64,000 bases of DNA. Source: a virus. The stretch lies in the IMG/VR virus record IMGVR_UViG_3300029953_000012, positions 1 through 64,000 of that record, one strand, 5' to 3'. Positions 38,320-48,567 of the stretch are shown here, one piece after another. The notes beneath the pieces were generated by a model. That model was not told the origin of the DNA. It ran no database searches and was given only the letters and a program-made list of their open reading frames with translations. How positions within the stretch are numbered: the first letter of the stretch is position 1; every line of letters begins with the position of its first letter. The position numbers and the translations under genes are program-made.

Positions 38320-39252
38320 TTAAGATTTTACGAAATATGTCGGGGAATAGTTTATCAAACTCGAAGCTCTTGAAGCTGGAACAGTGACTGGATTCGAGAG
38401 TACAATGAGCGGAATGCAGTTCGTTATACTTTCACGGGCCTTCAACCCAAAGTTTACATCCTCATACTTACAGAAATTAAACGGCAAAGTTGTATTGTTA
38501 TAGAAAGCGTAACCACCGTTCGAGGAATAATAAAACTTGAAATTTGACGACCCATTAAATAAACTAATTAGTGAAGTTGCTTGGTCTGGGAAAATTGAAA
38601 GTTCGAACGCCTCATATTGCAATTTATTTAACTGAATTGAATAATTAGTATTTGTCCCATCTGTCGGTAAAATTGTTTTAATTTCCAACACGCTGGCTCC
38701 GTTGCTGTTTACGATGTAAGGATTACTGTTCAAGCCTTGATTATGCCATCCTTGATAATATCCAATGGCGGAACTATTAGCATCCCAAATATTGCATTGC
38801 GAACTAAAAAATGCGTTCTGATTCAATAAATAATAAAAATCATCATCCTTAATTAATTTAACCTTAATTTTCTCACCGAGTTGGTATGGATTATTGATTG
38901 GTGCGATGGCGTTGACCGAGTAGTTGACCGCTGTTCCAACATTAGTGTTTAGGTTTGCGTCTACCCTCTGTTGTGTCGCTGGGTTATTCTGCCAACCGCC
39001 CTGATAATTTATCCAAAGTGATTCTGGCCTCTTCACAACGATAACCATGTTTTTGTACTTATCACTCGTTAAAACGCGGTTGGAGGATTCCAATTTGCAG
39101 ATAACATATCTACTTAACAAATCCGCCTGATAGTCTTCTTGAAGACCGGGGTCGCCGTAATTAGCAATAACGGTTGCGTCATAAATAGCGTCTTTGGATT
39201 CCAAATTTCTATTCGTTGTAGTAAGATAATTAAATGTTGTATCGGTTGCCAT
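38320..39252 (-). CDS. Putative virion/baseplate protein
   Basis: N/Y/T-rich; lies in the tail operon. Confidence 0.55.
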   Translation of the reverse strand: MATDTTFNYLTTTNRNLESKDAIYDATVIANYGDPGLQEDYQADLLSRYVICKLESSNRVLTSDKYKNMVIVVKRPESLWINYQGGWQNNPATQQRVDANLNTNVGTAVNYSVNAIAPINNPYQLGEKIKVKLIKDDDFYYLLNQNAFFSSQCNIWDANSSAIGYYQGWHNQGLNSNPYIVNSNGASVLEIKTILPTDGTNTNYSIQLNKLQYEAFELSIFPDQATSLISLFNGSSNFKFYYSSNGGYAFYNNTTLPFNFCKYEDVNFGLKARESITNCIPLIVLSNPVTVPASRASSLINYSPTYFVKS

Positions 39253-39254
39253 AA

Positions 39255-41225
39255 TTAAAATGTAATAATATTATCTACAGTGCCTCCGTCATAACTTCCT
39301 TGATAGGTTGAGTCTAATGGGTCTGTGTTCAAGATGTATGATAGGTCTGTCAAAGGAAAATACGAAATAACAGGAGAGGAATAAGGTAGCAATGCCCCAG
39401 TATTTAAATTAAATGACCTAGTTTGGTAAATGACTTGTTGGTTTGTGATTGTTTGAGAACCTCCAGAAATGATAACTGTTAATAGTCCAGAAACAGCCGA
39501 TGTATTATCAAGACCAGAACAGTTTATTTGAATCCCCATGTTTCCGTCCCCATAAAGACCAATTCCAGTTCCTGAGTAATATCCGGTATAATCAGTTAAT
39601 ACTTGATTTCCGCTTCCTAGATTAAAAGAAATGTCCCAAAATTGGTCAAACTGATAAAGCCCAGTTGTTTTATATAAAAATAAACCACTAGCATCATTTT
39701 CACTACCTTCAACATAAATAATTCCACCCATTAAATCATATACTATACCTCCAGTGAGGTCATAAAGAGGCTGAAGACCCAAACTATCTCCAGTCGCCCT
39801 CAGAAAACTAACATTAGGAGGGTATCCCGTTGAATATCCAAACCCTATATTTGTTATTTCAAGACCCGTCACATAATAAAGGGTACCATCAAAATAAGTC
39901 TGGACAAGACCCGTAAGCCCTGCTGCTTGAGCATAAACAGCCCCAAGACCGTTTGCGAATTTGAATTGCGCGGTTTGATATCCCGATAAATCAGGAACGC
40001 TGTAGCAGCCTCCTCCGGTTCCAAGAATAAAATTTGGGGGTTGTTGATACCCTTTTCCGCTAGAAATCCCAAAAAAGCCGCTTACGACCATAAAATTTGC
40101 TATACCAGTATTATAAATACCGCTTAAAAGAACAGGTTTTAGATATAAAATACCACTTGCTCCTGAAATTGGGCTTCCTCCAGTAAAAGAAACCGGAATT
40201 GTACCCGTACACCCAGAACTGAAAAGAAAACTCTGTAATTGATTTTGAATACCCGTTACATAATAATATTGTGAAAATTCTGCCGTCGGTGGAACAGCGT
40301 ATTCTCCAGAAGCCATTATATTAACTCCAGTTATATATTGAGATAAATATACACCAGTTTCAATTGGGTTAAGGGGTTGAAATACAATACTTAATAACGA
40401 ATTATTAGATATTCCAATATAGGTATGATTGCTGTATTTATAACCCAAATTATAGTTCAACGGATTATCTACATAAACAAATTGATTGCCGCTCCAATAT
40501 CCATTAAATAAAGACGTTTGAGTATAAACGTTTTCGGTAGACGGCGTTAATAATAAAATAGATTGGCTAAGTACGCCTCCGCGATAAGAACTTGAATTAA
40601 CCCCAATATTACCAAAAGTTGTTGGTAAAGAAATGTAAAAATTATTTTGGTATTCAAATAAAGATGGGTCAGCATCTGGCAAAAGGAGATAATTATTACC
40701 GGAATTCGCCACAAGCCCAGTATTATAATTATTGGTTAGCAATGTCTGATTAGAACTTAAAAACTGCAAACTAGGAGGATTTATTGGGAAAACCGTATCG
40801 GAAATGAGAGTCCCAGTTAAAGTCTGGTAATATTCATAGACTGGGTTAAAAGTTAAAGAATAATTTATTTGTTGTGAAGATAAACTCAAATCACATACGA
40901 CATTTGAAGAATTAGCTTGTATAGTTACCTGATTTAACTTTGTAAATGATATATTTTCTTGACCAAAAATACCATTAACTAAATAATTTAAAACTCCACT
41001 TTGATAATACCCAGAGATAGAATTTGCATCTATGGTATTATATGTGCAGACTGGACTTTTTGCAGATAATATACCACCAGAAAAGATAAAAGAAAACACT
41101 CCGCTACCTGTATCATAAAAATTAAAATTTATAATACCAGTATCTGAGACCCTTATCCCAGTGAGACAAAAACTAAAATGACTCACTTGAGGTAAAAATA
41201 CCGAACTTGTTCCCGTAAACTGCAT
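39255..41225 (-). CDS. Baseplate-associated structural protein (start moved from 41309 to 41225)
   Basis: Repeats of the ITGVNI..SG.Y..PP / VTGLEITNIGFGY...PP.V type; ATG 1 nt after the upstream stop. Confidence 0.65.
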   Translation of the reverse strand: MQFTGTSSVFLPQVSHFSFCLTGIRVSDTGIINFNFYDTGSGVFSFIFSGGILSAKSPVCTYNTIDANSISGYYQSGVLNYLVNGIFGQENISFTKLNQVTIQANSSNVVCDLSLSSQQINYSLTFNPVYEYYQTLTGTLISDTVFPINPPSLQFLSSNQTLLTNNYNTGLVANSGNNYLLLPDADPSLFEYQNNFYISLPTTFGNIGVNSSSYRGGVLSQSILLLTPSTENVYTQTSLFNGYWSGNQFVYVDNPLNYNLGYKYSNHTYIGISNNSLLSIVFQPLNPIETGVYLSQYITGVNIMASGEYAVPPTAEFSQYYYVTGIQNQLQSFLFSSGCTGTIPVSFTGGSPISGASGILYLKPVLLSGIYNTGIANFMVVSGFFGISSGKGYQQPPNFILGTGGGCYSVPDLSGYQTAQFKFANGLGAVYAQAAGLTGLVQTYFDGTLYYVTGLEITNIGFGYSTGYPPNVSFLRATGDSLGLQPLYDLTGGIVYDLMGGIIYVEGSENDASGLFLYKTTGLYQFDQFWDISFNLGSGNQVLTDYTGYYSGTGIGLYGDGNMGIQINCSGLDNTSAVSGLLTVIISGGSQTITNQQVIYQTRSFNLNTGALLPYSSPVISYFPLTDLSYILNTDPLDSTYQGSYDGGTVDNIITF

Positions 41226-41226
41226 T

Positions 41227-44200
41227 TTAGTTGTATGTTCCTTTGATTCTTGCCCCAATTTTATTAAGGATAGTCTCTGGTTTTGGTAAAACTTTCGGTC
41301 TATCTGCAAAAATCAAGTCTGTTTTTACTCCATTATCAGATACACTTAACGTAAGGGACTGTAGTCCAGCAGCCGGTGTTAAATAATTAATAAATGCCCC
41401 AAACTGACTAGGAGGACCAGCCAAAGTTAAACTAACCTCCTTAGTGGGTGTAGTTAAATTGTAGTTGTTGAGATTTTTAACATATTCATAATATGCATCT
41501 GGCGTATTAATAATACTACTTCCTGTCCCATCCAAAACCGTTATATAGGGTCTGATTTGACTAGTTAATGGGTCAAGAATTGGGTCTAGTAGATTATCTA
41601 CGGTATTTTGGACAAACTTAAACGAAGAAGTATTATTTCCTGTTTGGTTAACTGGTGTACCAAATACTTGAGCAAAAGCTGGAATACGAAATTCAGTTGT
41701 TATATCTGATGTCATAATCCCAGAATAATTAGCAATACCACTTGGAAAAGATTGTATCGGATATACGATTTGATTAAAAACAGTAGTATTATCTAACACT
41801 AAATTACCCAAATTCAAATCGGCATAATAATAGTCTCCATTTTCATCAAAAGTCGGATAGATGTTTCGATTAGGATTTTTGGTTATTGTAATGTCAAGGC
41901 ATCTCGAATTTATACCATAAATAACACCAGTATTAAAACCTTCTAACATTATGTTATTTTTATCTTCTATAATAACGCATCCAGTTTGTTGGGTTGTTAA
42001 AGGAGGATTAAATATCTGACTAAATCCAGAAGCCCCAGATTGAATATTTCTACACATTTCATCTAATAAAGAAATAGAACAAATACTTGGTGTTTCTGTT
42101 GTATCTTTCCTATATTGGGCCTCAAATAATTTCTGGGTATAAGCCTGAAGCACCTGATTGTTATTTACGCTAACTGGTTGGGGGGCAAAAACTAATTCTA
42201 TGTTAGGGTGATTTAATGTATCTGGAATAATTATGAGATGTAATTTCTTACATTCTTTTTTCTCAATAAAATGAAGGGTAGTATAAGTTGTCCAAATTTG
42301 GTCTGCGATGCCAGAAAAATTAACCGCATCACTTTGAATAAATTCTGCTACACTGGATAGGTCTGCAATAACTTTTGGTTTAAAATAATCTAGTTTCCAA
42401 TCTTGTAATGTAGCATTGGTATCTGTTAAAATTTTAGAAACGCTCGGGTCCAAAGAATAATTATCAGCACATGGGTCTCCTAAATTATAAGATAAACCAG
42501 CTTGAAAATAAATAGGTAAAGTTCCCCAACGATTATCTAATGTCGAACTCCATAATCCGGTTGGTAATCTACCGGGATAATCAGAATATCCCGGTGGAAT
42601 AAATGGAAAATATTTATTGCTTCCACTATAATAAACACCTGATGAACCCGGAGTGACAACATAGCCAGAGTATAACATTACATCAACGTATGGAGTATGT
42701 CTAACATCCAAATAGCGTTGGGTTTCTGGAATAAAAGAACTCTGTATCCTATTGTAAACTAGTCCACTTGCGCCATAAAATCCAGCCGTAGGAGAAATAT
42801 CGGTTAAAGTATCTATTGATGAAAATGGAGCTTCTATTAGTGGTCCCTGTGTAATAACTCCGTATTTATACATAGCTTCAGCAGCTATTTTTTCCCAAGT
42901 AGTTATATCGGATTTCAAATCCTCGTAATAATACCCCAAAAATACACGGAAATATTTCTGGTCACTATTGATATTAGCAATTCCATCGTGTTCTGCGTCT
43001 TTAAAATTTTCAAGGACAATATTTGTTTTAAGTTCTGAATCTGTGATTTCCATTATTGGGAACAGACCCAAGGCTGCAAAGTTCGCACGACAATATGCAT
43101 TTTCCAAAGGCCAAAAAGTGTCGGCGGTATTATCGGATGGTGTCCAGTTAATTTGGGTAGTAGCAACCCCGTCTAAATCCCAAGCATTAAATAAACATCT
43201 TTGAGCAACAAATAATTCCCTTAATGTTTCATCAAAGTTACTTAAAGCAATCGCTGCGTCCAAATCACTATAACTTCTACCATCCAATCTAGCAAAATTG
43301 GCAAAATATCCATCAGTGAACCAACTTGAGCCTTGTGCATCTACCCCAGAATCAAACCATGGAATTTCTAATCCAGTTCTTTGAAATGGTGTTCCATAAA
43401 TATTAATATCATTAACCATCCCGGTATAAATCTGATTTAATGAACAAGGATGAAGAGGAGTAATACCCACAAATTTTTTAACGCTTTTCTCTACCGTCTT
43501 TTCTGTTACCGGATAACTATTGTCACAAATAACAGACTGAATAAAAGTATTATCCAGAGATGTTTTTGATTTAAAATTTAATATAGCTGTATTGCCTCCA
43601 CTAGTTATACTGCCAGAAGAATTAATTTCAAAATATTGACCAACCGAACTAGTCGGGTCGGCGATTTGAGTTATAGCCGTTATATCAATTGGATTTTGAA
43701 GATTTATACCCACAAAAGTTCTTCCGCTGGTATAGAAGGTGTATGCTAAGTCAGACATCCAACTTTGTAAAACTTCTCTCAGGCTACCATTATAACTAGT
43801 TCTATAAACATAATCTGAATCTCCCGTGCCCGATGGAAAACTTCCCGCGAATTGAATGCCGTTTAATCTCAACGCCGAAATAAGTTCAATAAAACTATAA
43901 TTAATATTTGGAGCCGAATTACATCTTTCTTCCGTGGCGGCATCTGTTCCTAAAATAAGATATCCTCCATTTAAGTCAAATTGATTTAATACTTGTCCAT
44001 TTTGAGCCGGTATAATAATGTTTTGTTCCCACGTATTAAAAACATTGGTCGGAGTGTAATAAACGTTTTGCATTAAGTCAAAAGTATTTCCATTATTACC
44101 AGCATAACACGCGAAATTAATGTCTCGATAAGCAAATCCCGTTCCGGTGAATGCAGAACCAGTATATTCACAACTTAAACAGGATACTGGAAGTTGTAAT

Positions 44201-44655
44201 TGACAACTAACGGAATGTGGATATGTATAACCCTGTTTCCTAAAAAGACCCACATATATTTTATCCAAAAGAACAGAATAATCTTTAAAAGTTACATTAA
44301 GAATCTTCTGTCCGGCCTCTATTGCAAAGTCATATGAGTATAGAAGGAAGTTCTTCAACTCAAACCCATCTAAATTAATATCAAACCATATTTCATTAGA
44401 CAATCCTCCTACACCTCCGTCGCAATGCAAATCCGTCTCTCGGATATCAAAGTATGCTGCCGATTGAGAAAATGTGGAGGTTTCTAAAACACAACTTATC
44501 GTAATTTCTGTGGGTTTCTGGTCGAATCCAAGAGTTGTAGATGCGTTATAAATCCAAGAATTAAAGGCTTGGGATGGTACCCAGTTCTGTGCGACAAATC
44601 TGTTATTACCACCTTGTGGTGTTATAGTTATTCCTTTTAATATTTGAATGGACAT
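41227..44655 (-). CDS. Putative baseplate hub / tail-tip protein, 1142 aa
   Basis: Size, position downstream of the tape measure, C-terminal GLQSLTLSVSDNGVKT. Confidence 0.55.
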   Translation of the reverse strand: MSIQILKGITITPQGGNNRFVAQNWVPSQAFNSWIYNASTTLGFDQKPTEITISCVLETSTFSQSAAYFDIRETDLHCDGGVGGLSNEIWFDINLDGFELKNFLLYSYDFAIEAGQKILNVTFKDYSVLLDKIYVGLFRKQGYTYPHSVSCQLQLPVSCLSCEYTGSAFTGTGFAYRDINFACYAGNNGNTFDLMQNVYYTPTNVFNTWEQNIIIPAQNGQVLNQFDLNGGYLILGTDAATEERCNSAPNINYSFIELISALRLNGIQFAGSFPSGTGDSDYVYRTSYNGSLREVLQSWMSDLAYTFYTSGRTFVGINLQNPIDITAITQIADPTSSVGQYFEINSSGSITSGGNTAILNFKSKTSLDNTFIQSVICDNSYPVTEKTVEKSVKKFVGITPLHPCSLNQIYTGMVNDINIYGTPFQRTGLEIPWFDSGVDAQGSSWFTDGYFANFARLDGRSYSDLDAAIALSNFDETLRELFVAQRCLFNAWDLDGVATTQINWTPSDNTADTFWPLENAYCRANFAALGLFPIMEITDSELKTNIVLENFKDAEHDGIANINSDQKYFRVFLGYYYEDLKSDITTWEKIAAEAMYKYGVITQGPLIEAPFSSIDTLTDISPTAGFYGASGLVYNRIQSSFIPETQRYLDVRHTPYVDVMLYSGYVVTPGSSGVYYSGSNKYFPFIPPGYSDYPGRLPTGLWSSTLDNRWGTLPIYFQAGLSYNLGDPCADNYSLDPSVSKILTDTNATLQDWKLDYFKPKVIADLSSVAEFIQSDAVNFSGIADQIWTTYTTLHFIEKKECKKLHLIIIPDTLNHPNIELVFAPQPVSVNNNQVLQAYTQKLFEAQYRKDTTETPSICSISLLDEMCRNIQSGASGFSQIFNPPLTTQQTGCVIIEDKNNIMLEGFNTGVIYGINSRCLDITITKNPNRNIYPTFDENGDYYYADLNLGNLVLDNTTVFNQIVYPIQSFPSGIANYSGIMTSDITTEFRIPAFAQVFGTPVNQTGNNTSSFKFVQNTVDNLLDPILDPLTSQIRPYITVLDGTGSSIINTPDAYYEYVKNLNNYNLTTPTKEVSLTLAGPPSQFGAFINYLTPAAGLQSLTLSVSDNGVKTDLIFADRPKVLPKPETILNKIGARIKGTYN

Positions 44656-44674
44656 AAATTTTATTTATATATTA

Positions 44675-46735
44675 TTATATAAAAAAACCAACAGAATCAG
44701 TTGCTGTATTATATAGACTGAAAGCAAATTGCGGGTCAACGTAATTCCCGCTGCACGTTCTGCATCTTGGGTATTGAAAATAATCTAATCCTTTATATTG
44801 TCTTAAGCCGTTTATCCACACTTGAGAACTAAAACCCGACACCCCGCTAATATAAGAACCACTTCCAGAAAATTCAACAAAAGTTCTAATTAAACCTAAA
44901 TATTGAGGAATGAACTTGATTTCCAAAAAATCTCCTGAAGGGTCATTTATATCGCCTAAATCATTGCCAGAAACTGAAATATAAGATGAATTTGTGAAAA
45001 AGGTATATATTGGACCATTAAATTCAAATCCTGTTTCTGTCCATTGACCCGTCGGAACAGAACTTGGTACTCCAGAAGCTGTATAAAGTGTTGAAAATGC
45101 AGTATAAATCCATTCAGAACCATTATAAGTTATACTTCCAGCGTTATTAGAAGCTTCATATTCCAATGAACCACCAACTCCTGTTCCGTTTATATAGTAA
45201 GTTCCATTAAACGCTGCTGAACCACCAACGCCTCCGCTTACATTTAGAATATTTTGACTCTGGACTGAATAGTTCAATCCACTAGCCATTTTTTGCCCAT
45301 TTAAATATATATCTGAAGCAAAATTAGCAAGAGACATACCACTAACGCCCGTTATATTAACAAAATTACTACCTGTAGTACCAGTTTGGATATATCCGGT
45401 ATTATACGGCATGGTGTAAGTGGCTGGATAAATATCATACTGTAAAATATCATTTCCATCAAACCCTATAATTAAATTATTAAATGCCACACTAAAATCT
45501 ACTCCGCTTGTTTCTGCCAAGCCGTTGCCATAAATTTGGACCACTGAATTCGAACTGGGATATTGAAGATTAGTTGGTTGGAAACCGACATTAGTGTTAA
45601 ATGGAGAATAGGTATAAATTTCTACTATATCACCAGAAGTAAAACCTTGAGGGAAATAATAATCAAATAAAATTCCACTTGCTGCTTGAGTAGAATTATA
45701 TCCAAAAGAAATTCCGCTATTATATACCGTCCCACTTATTATTTCAGATAATGGAATTAATACTTTACCCACTTGTATTAAACCAGAAATACCAGAATCT
45801 ACATAAACATATCCTGTCCCACCACCAACCAATGGATAAGGAGTTTGGACTTGAGTTGTTGAAATTAACCCACTTTCATAAATTCCTGACCAAATTGAGC
45901 CAGTAATTTGGGTTTCTGTGTAATTAATAGGCGTGGAAGTGGTAACATAGCCAGTGACAAAAGCGCAATTAATACAACCACCCATGAAACTGTTATTTAA
46001 TAAACCGCTAAATAAGTAGGCTTCGTTTATTTTACCAGAATAACCAGTAAGACTTGTGGAATAAGATAATGCTCCTCCAATTGTCAAATCAACAACATTT
46101 ATAATTTGACTTCCTTCGTCATAGCCCTTAGAATAAAAAATATTGTCAGCGACACTAAATAATCCAAAATTTACAAATCTATTTCCTAAAACACTAAAAT
46201 AAGCGAAATCTCCAAACCCAATCTCTTTTGTAATCGTGTAAGCATAATCTGGTGTTTGTAAAAATAATCTATTAGATGGCGTTATGCCTAATATGGCACC
46301 AGAAACAGAACTTGTTTGAATTAATAATTGATTTTTGGTTCCGGTATAATTACATCCACTATAACCGAGATAAAGAATTATCGAAAAATCCTCGGTAAAA
46401 ATATCGGAAATTTGGTAAAAGTAATTTCCGGTTAGGTTTCCGCTTGTTTGAGAACCCACTCCATTGTATATCATTGGCAGGGCATCATTGTAAGGGAAAG
46501 ATGTGGAAGATGAAGATGAGTCATCTAAAACACTTCCACCAGCATCAGTAATAGGAGAATCTTCTGGGTCGTAAATTTGATTGCCGCTACTAAACACAAA
46601 ATAATGATAGCCCGTTGGATAAATTTGGTTCCAGACAATCAAACTATCTCCGCTAGAAAAGTCGTATAGACCCAACGCTGTGCCAGTGTTGATTCCTGTA
46701 GCCCCTAAACAATTTATAAATGGGAGAAATTTCAT
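44675..46735 (-). CDS. Virion structural protein with a LamG-like segment
   Basis: LTIGG.....YSGKINEAYLFSG resembles the LamG C-terminus; [ST]G-rich. Confidence 0.55.
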   Translation of the reverse strand: MKFLPFINCLGATGINTGTALGLYDFSSGDSLIVWNQIYPTGYHYFVFSSGNQIYDPEDSPITDAGGSVLDDSSSSSTSFPYNDALPMIYNGVGSQTSGNLTGNYFYQISDIFTEDFSIILYLGYSGCNYTGTKNQLLIQTSSVSGAILGITPSNRLFLQTPDYAYTITKEIGFGDFAYFSVLGNRFVNFGLFSVADNIFYSKGYDEGSQIINVVDLTIGGALSYSTSLTGYSGKINEAYLFSGLLNNSFMGGCINCAFVTGYVTTSTPINYTETQITGSIWSGIYESGLISTTQVQTPYPLVGGGTGYVYVDSGISGLIQVGKVLIPLSEIISGTVYNSGISFGYNSTQAASGILFDYYFPQGFTSGDIVEIYTYSPFNTNVGFQPTNLQYPSSNSVVQIYGNGLAETSGVDFSVAFNNLIIGFDGNDILQYDIYPATYTMPYNTGYIQTGTTGSNFVNITGVSGMSLANFASDIYLNGQKMASGLNYSVQSQNILNVSGGVGGSAAFNGTYYINGTGVGGSLEYEASNNAGSITYNGSEWIYTAFSTLYTASGVPSSVPTGQWTETGFEFNGPIYTFFTNSSYISVSGNDLGDINDPSGDFLEIKFIPQYLGLIRTFVEFSGSGSYISGVSGFSSQVWINGLRQYKGLDYFQYPRCRTCSGNYVDPQFAFSLYNTATDSVGFFI

Positions 46736-46752
46736 TTACCGTTTTCCTACTG

Positions 46753-46761
46753 TAATTACAC
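46753..46761 (-). promoter_or_regulatory. Late-promoter motif GTGTAATTA (representative copy)
   Basis: Recurs upstream of structural genes at 33400, 48420, 57815, 59805 and 61694, with variants elsewhere. Confidence 0.65.
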
Positions 46762-46762
46762 A

Positions 46763-48409
46763 TTAATAACCAAAGAAAAATCCCGAATTTCTTGTTGGGA
46801 CGCTTATAGTGTTACTACCAACAGCCTGTAGTGATAATAGACCCGCGCTAATACCATTATCCTGACCAATCCAAGTTTGAGTATGTGAAACATCAAATAC
46901 TCCAGTGGTGATTTCAGCATTAACTAAAAATGCGGTCACATTACTTTCAGAACCGGATTGAACGTAAGTAGAAGATATTCCCTGTAAATATCCACTCAAA
47001 ATACTAAGTCCACTGGCGGTATTATAGGTATTTCCTTCAAATGTAAATTTTTGTTTAGGTCTGGTTGCTGCTTGTAAATTTTGCACAACGTAGTCGCCTT
47101 CTATTGTAGCTCCAGCTAATAATTCATAAATCCATCTAGAAGGTTCTGAATCCATCGCATATTTCAAACTATCAAGACCCATAGGTTCAAATCCGTCTTC
47201 CATATTTAAGGATAATTTTAGTTCTGCCAATTGACTATTCTCGGTGACTTCTACATCACAATTAGGAGAAAAGTTAACAGCATTATTGTGATTACCCGAA
47301 AAAACAGGTGAACTTATAATTAAACCTGTTAAAAAGGTTCTCCAATTATTCCCACCGTTGGTATTTTTGAAGATTTGGATTTGATTTAGGCGATAGTCGA
47401 GAGGGCCGAACGTTCGAAAATCACCTTCTATCTTCCAATTTTCTGTATTGTTTAGAAAGTTTTGTGTGCAAGTCACGCTGTAATCTAGGAAACCTGAAGG
47501 ATTAGCTCCAGACACATATCCGACTTTAATATCAATAGTTGCCGCGCCAGAATCTACACTTGCATTATAAGTGTTCTTAATCCAATTCGTAGTGTTATAT
47601 CCAAACTCATTCTGTATGTCCGCCAACATTCCATAATTCAGATTATTAGTAATAATAGAATTAAGATTATTGTTTATGGGAGAACCTTGAATTTTTAAAT
47701 TATAATCCACCACCCTAAATTCTTCAGTTATACCGTCAGAAATTTCTAATGAAGTTTTTTTGACGAAAGGAGAAATAACTCCAGTATTATAAAGATAGTT
47801 CTCTGTAACTGAATAAATTGCTTCTGCACGATTAATATTTTCAGAGACAGATAATAATACCCCGGAACCCGAAGGGACAAGATAAGGAATACACGAGCCA
47901 AAAGCATCCTGACCCGTAAAAGTTTGAACAAATGAGATAGCGTTTTGAAAAGCGGGATTGGAATTTCTTACTCCTTGAGCACTGATTGAATGCAAAACTG
48001 AAACTGAACCATCTTCTCGTTCGGTGAAACTATAGGCGTTGCTAGGTTGTAAAATTCCTGATGGCATCGCCCATGATTTTAGTTTTATATTATACTTAAC
48101 GAATGAGCCTTGGAAATAAGTATTTTGGTCTAAACTAATAGACTCTACTGTAATTCCAGACCAGTTATATAGAACATTATTTTGGTCGTCTTGGACTAAT
48201 AAATCTTGGAACTGATTAGAAAAAATTCCGGTTAGATAATTTATTACTTGTCCTGTGTTTGTAATTCCTGTTACAAAACCTTGTAAATCAATGGCGGTTT
48301 CGTAAGAATATAAATATCCAAATTGTATAGGAATTTGTGAAAAATTACATAGGGGTGTCGGTGGCCCTAGGGTCACGCCGCCATAACTGATATAAATTCC
48401 AGTAGTCAT
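46763..48409 (-). CDS. Tail/baseplate protein
   Basis: Beta-rich; shares a 'YSF...DG....H..S' motif with 49374-51143; downstream of the tape measure. Confidence 0.55.
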   Translation of the reverse strand: MTTGIYISYGGVTLGPPTPLCNFSQIPIQFGYLYSYETAIDLQGFVTGITNTGQVINYLTGIFSNQFQDLLVQDDQNNVLYNWSGITVESISLDQNTYFQGSFVKYNIKLKSWAMPSGILQPSNAYSFTEREDGSVSVLHSISAQGVRNSNPAFQNAISFVQTFTGQDAFGSCIPYLVPSGSGVLLSVSENINRAEAIYSVTENYLYNTGVISPFVKKTSLEISDGITEEFRVVDYNLKIQGSPINNNLNSIITNNLNYGMLADIQNEFGYNTTNWIKNTYNASVDSGAATIDIKVGYVSGANPSGFLDYSVTCTQNFLNNTENWKIEGDFRTFGPLDYRLNQIQIFKNTNGGNNWRTFLTGLIISSPVFSGNHNNAVNFSPNCDVEVTENSQLAELKLSLNMEDGFEPMGLDSLKYAMDSEPSRWIYELLAGATIEGDYVVQNLQAATRPKQKFTFEGNTYNTASGLSILSGYLQGISSTYVQSGSESNVTAFLVNAEITTGVFDVSHTQTWIGQDNGISAGLLSLQAVGSNTISVPTRNSGFFFGY

Positions 48410-48467
48410 TCCTAATCATTAATTACACTATTTTGTTATTTTTTTCTATTTTATGTGTATAATATTA

Positions 48468-48563
48468 TGTACAGATAATATGAGATTAGTTAGACCATTT
48501 TGGGCTTTTCGTGAGCGTTTTGGAAACGCACTTCTTCTCATAGAACTGTACAGCACGAAAGGC
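48468..48563 (+). ncRNA. Pseudoknotted structured RNA, copy A (leader of the GIY-YIG gene)
   Basis: P1 TGTACAG..TATGAGA/TCTCATA..CTGTACA; P2 GCTTTTCGTG/CACGAAAGGC; P3 GCGTTT/AAACGC. Confidence 0.72.
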
Positions 48564-48567
48564 TTTT

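Noticed and set aside
48468-48563. HDV-like/theta ribozyme, tRNA or group I intron assignment for the RNA motif
   Set aside because: No P4 or J4/2 catalytic C, no cloverleaf, and no group I core seen; the GIY-YIG gene lies between two apparently complete opposite-strand genes.
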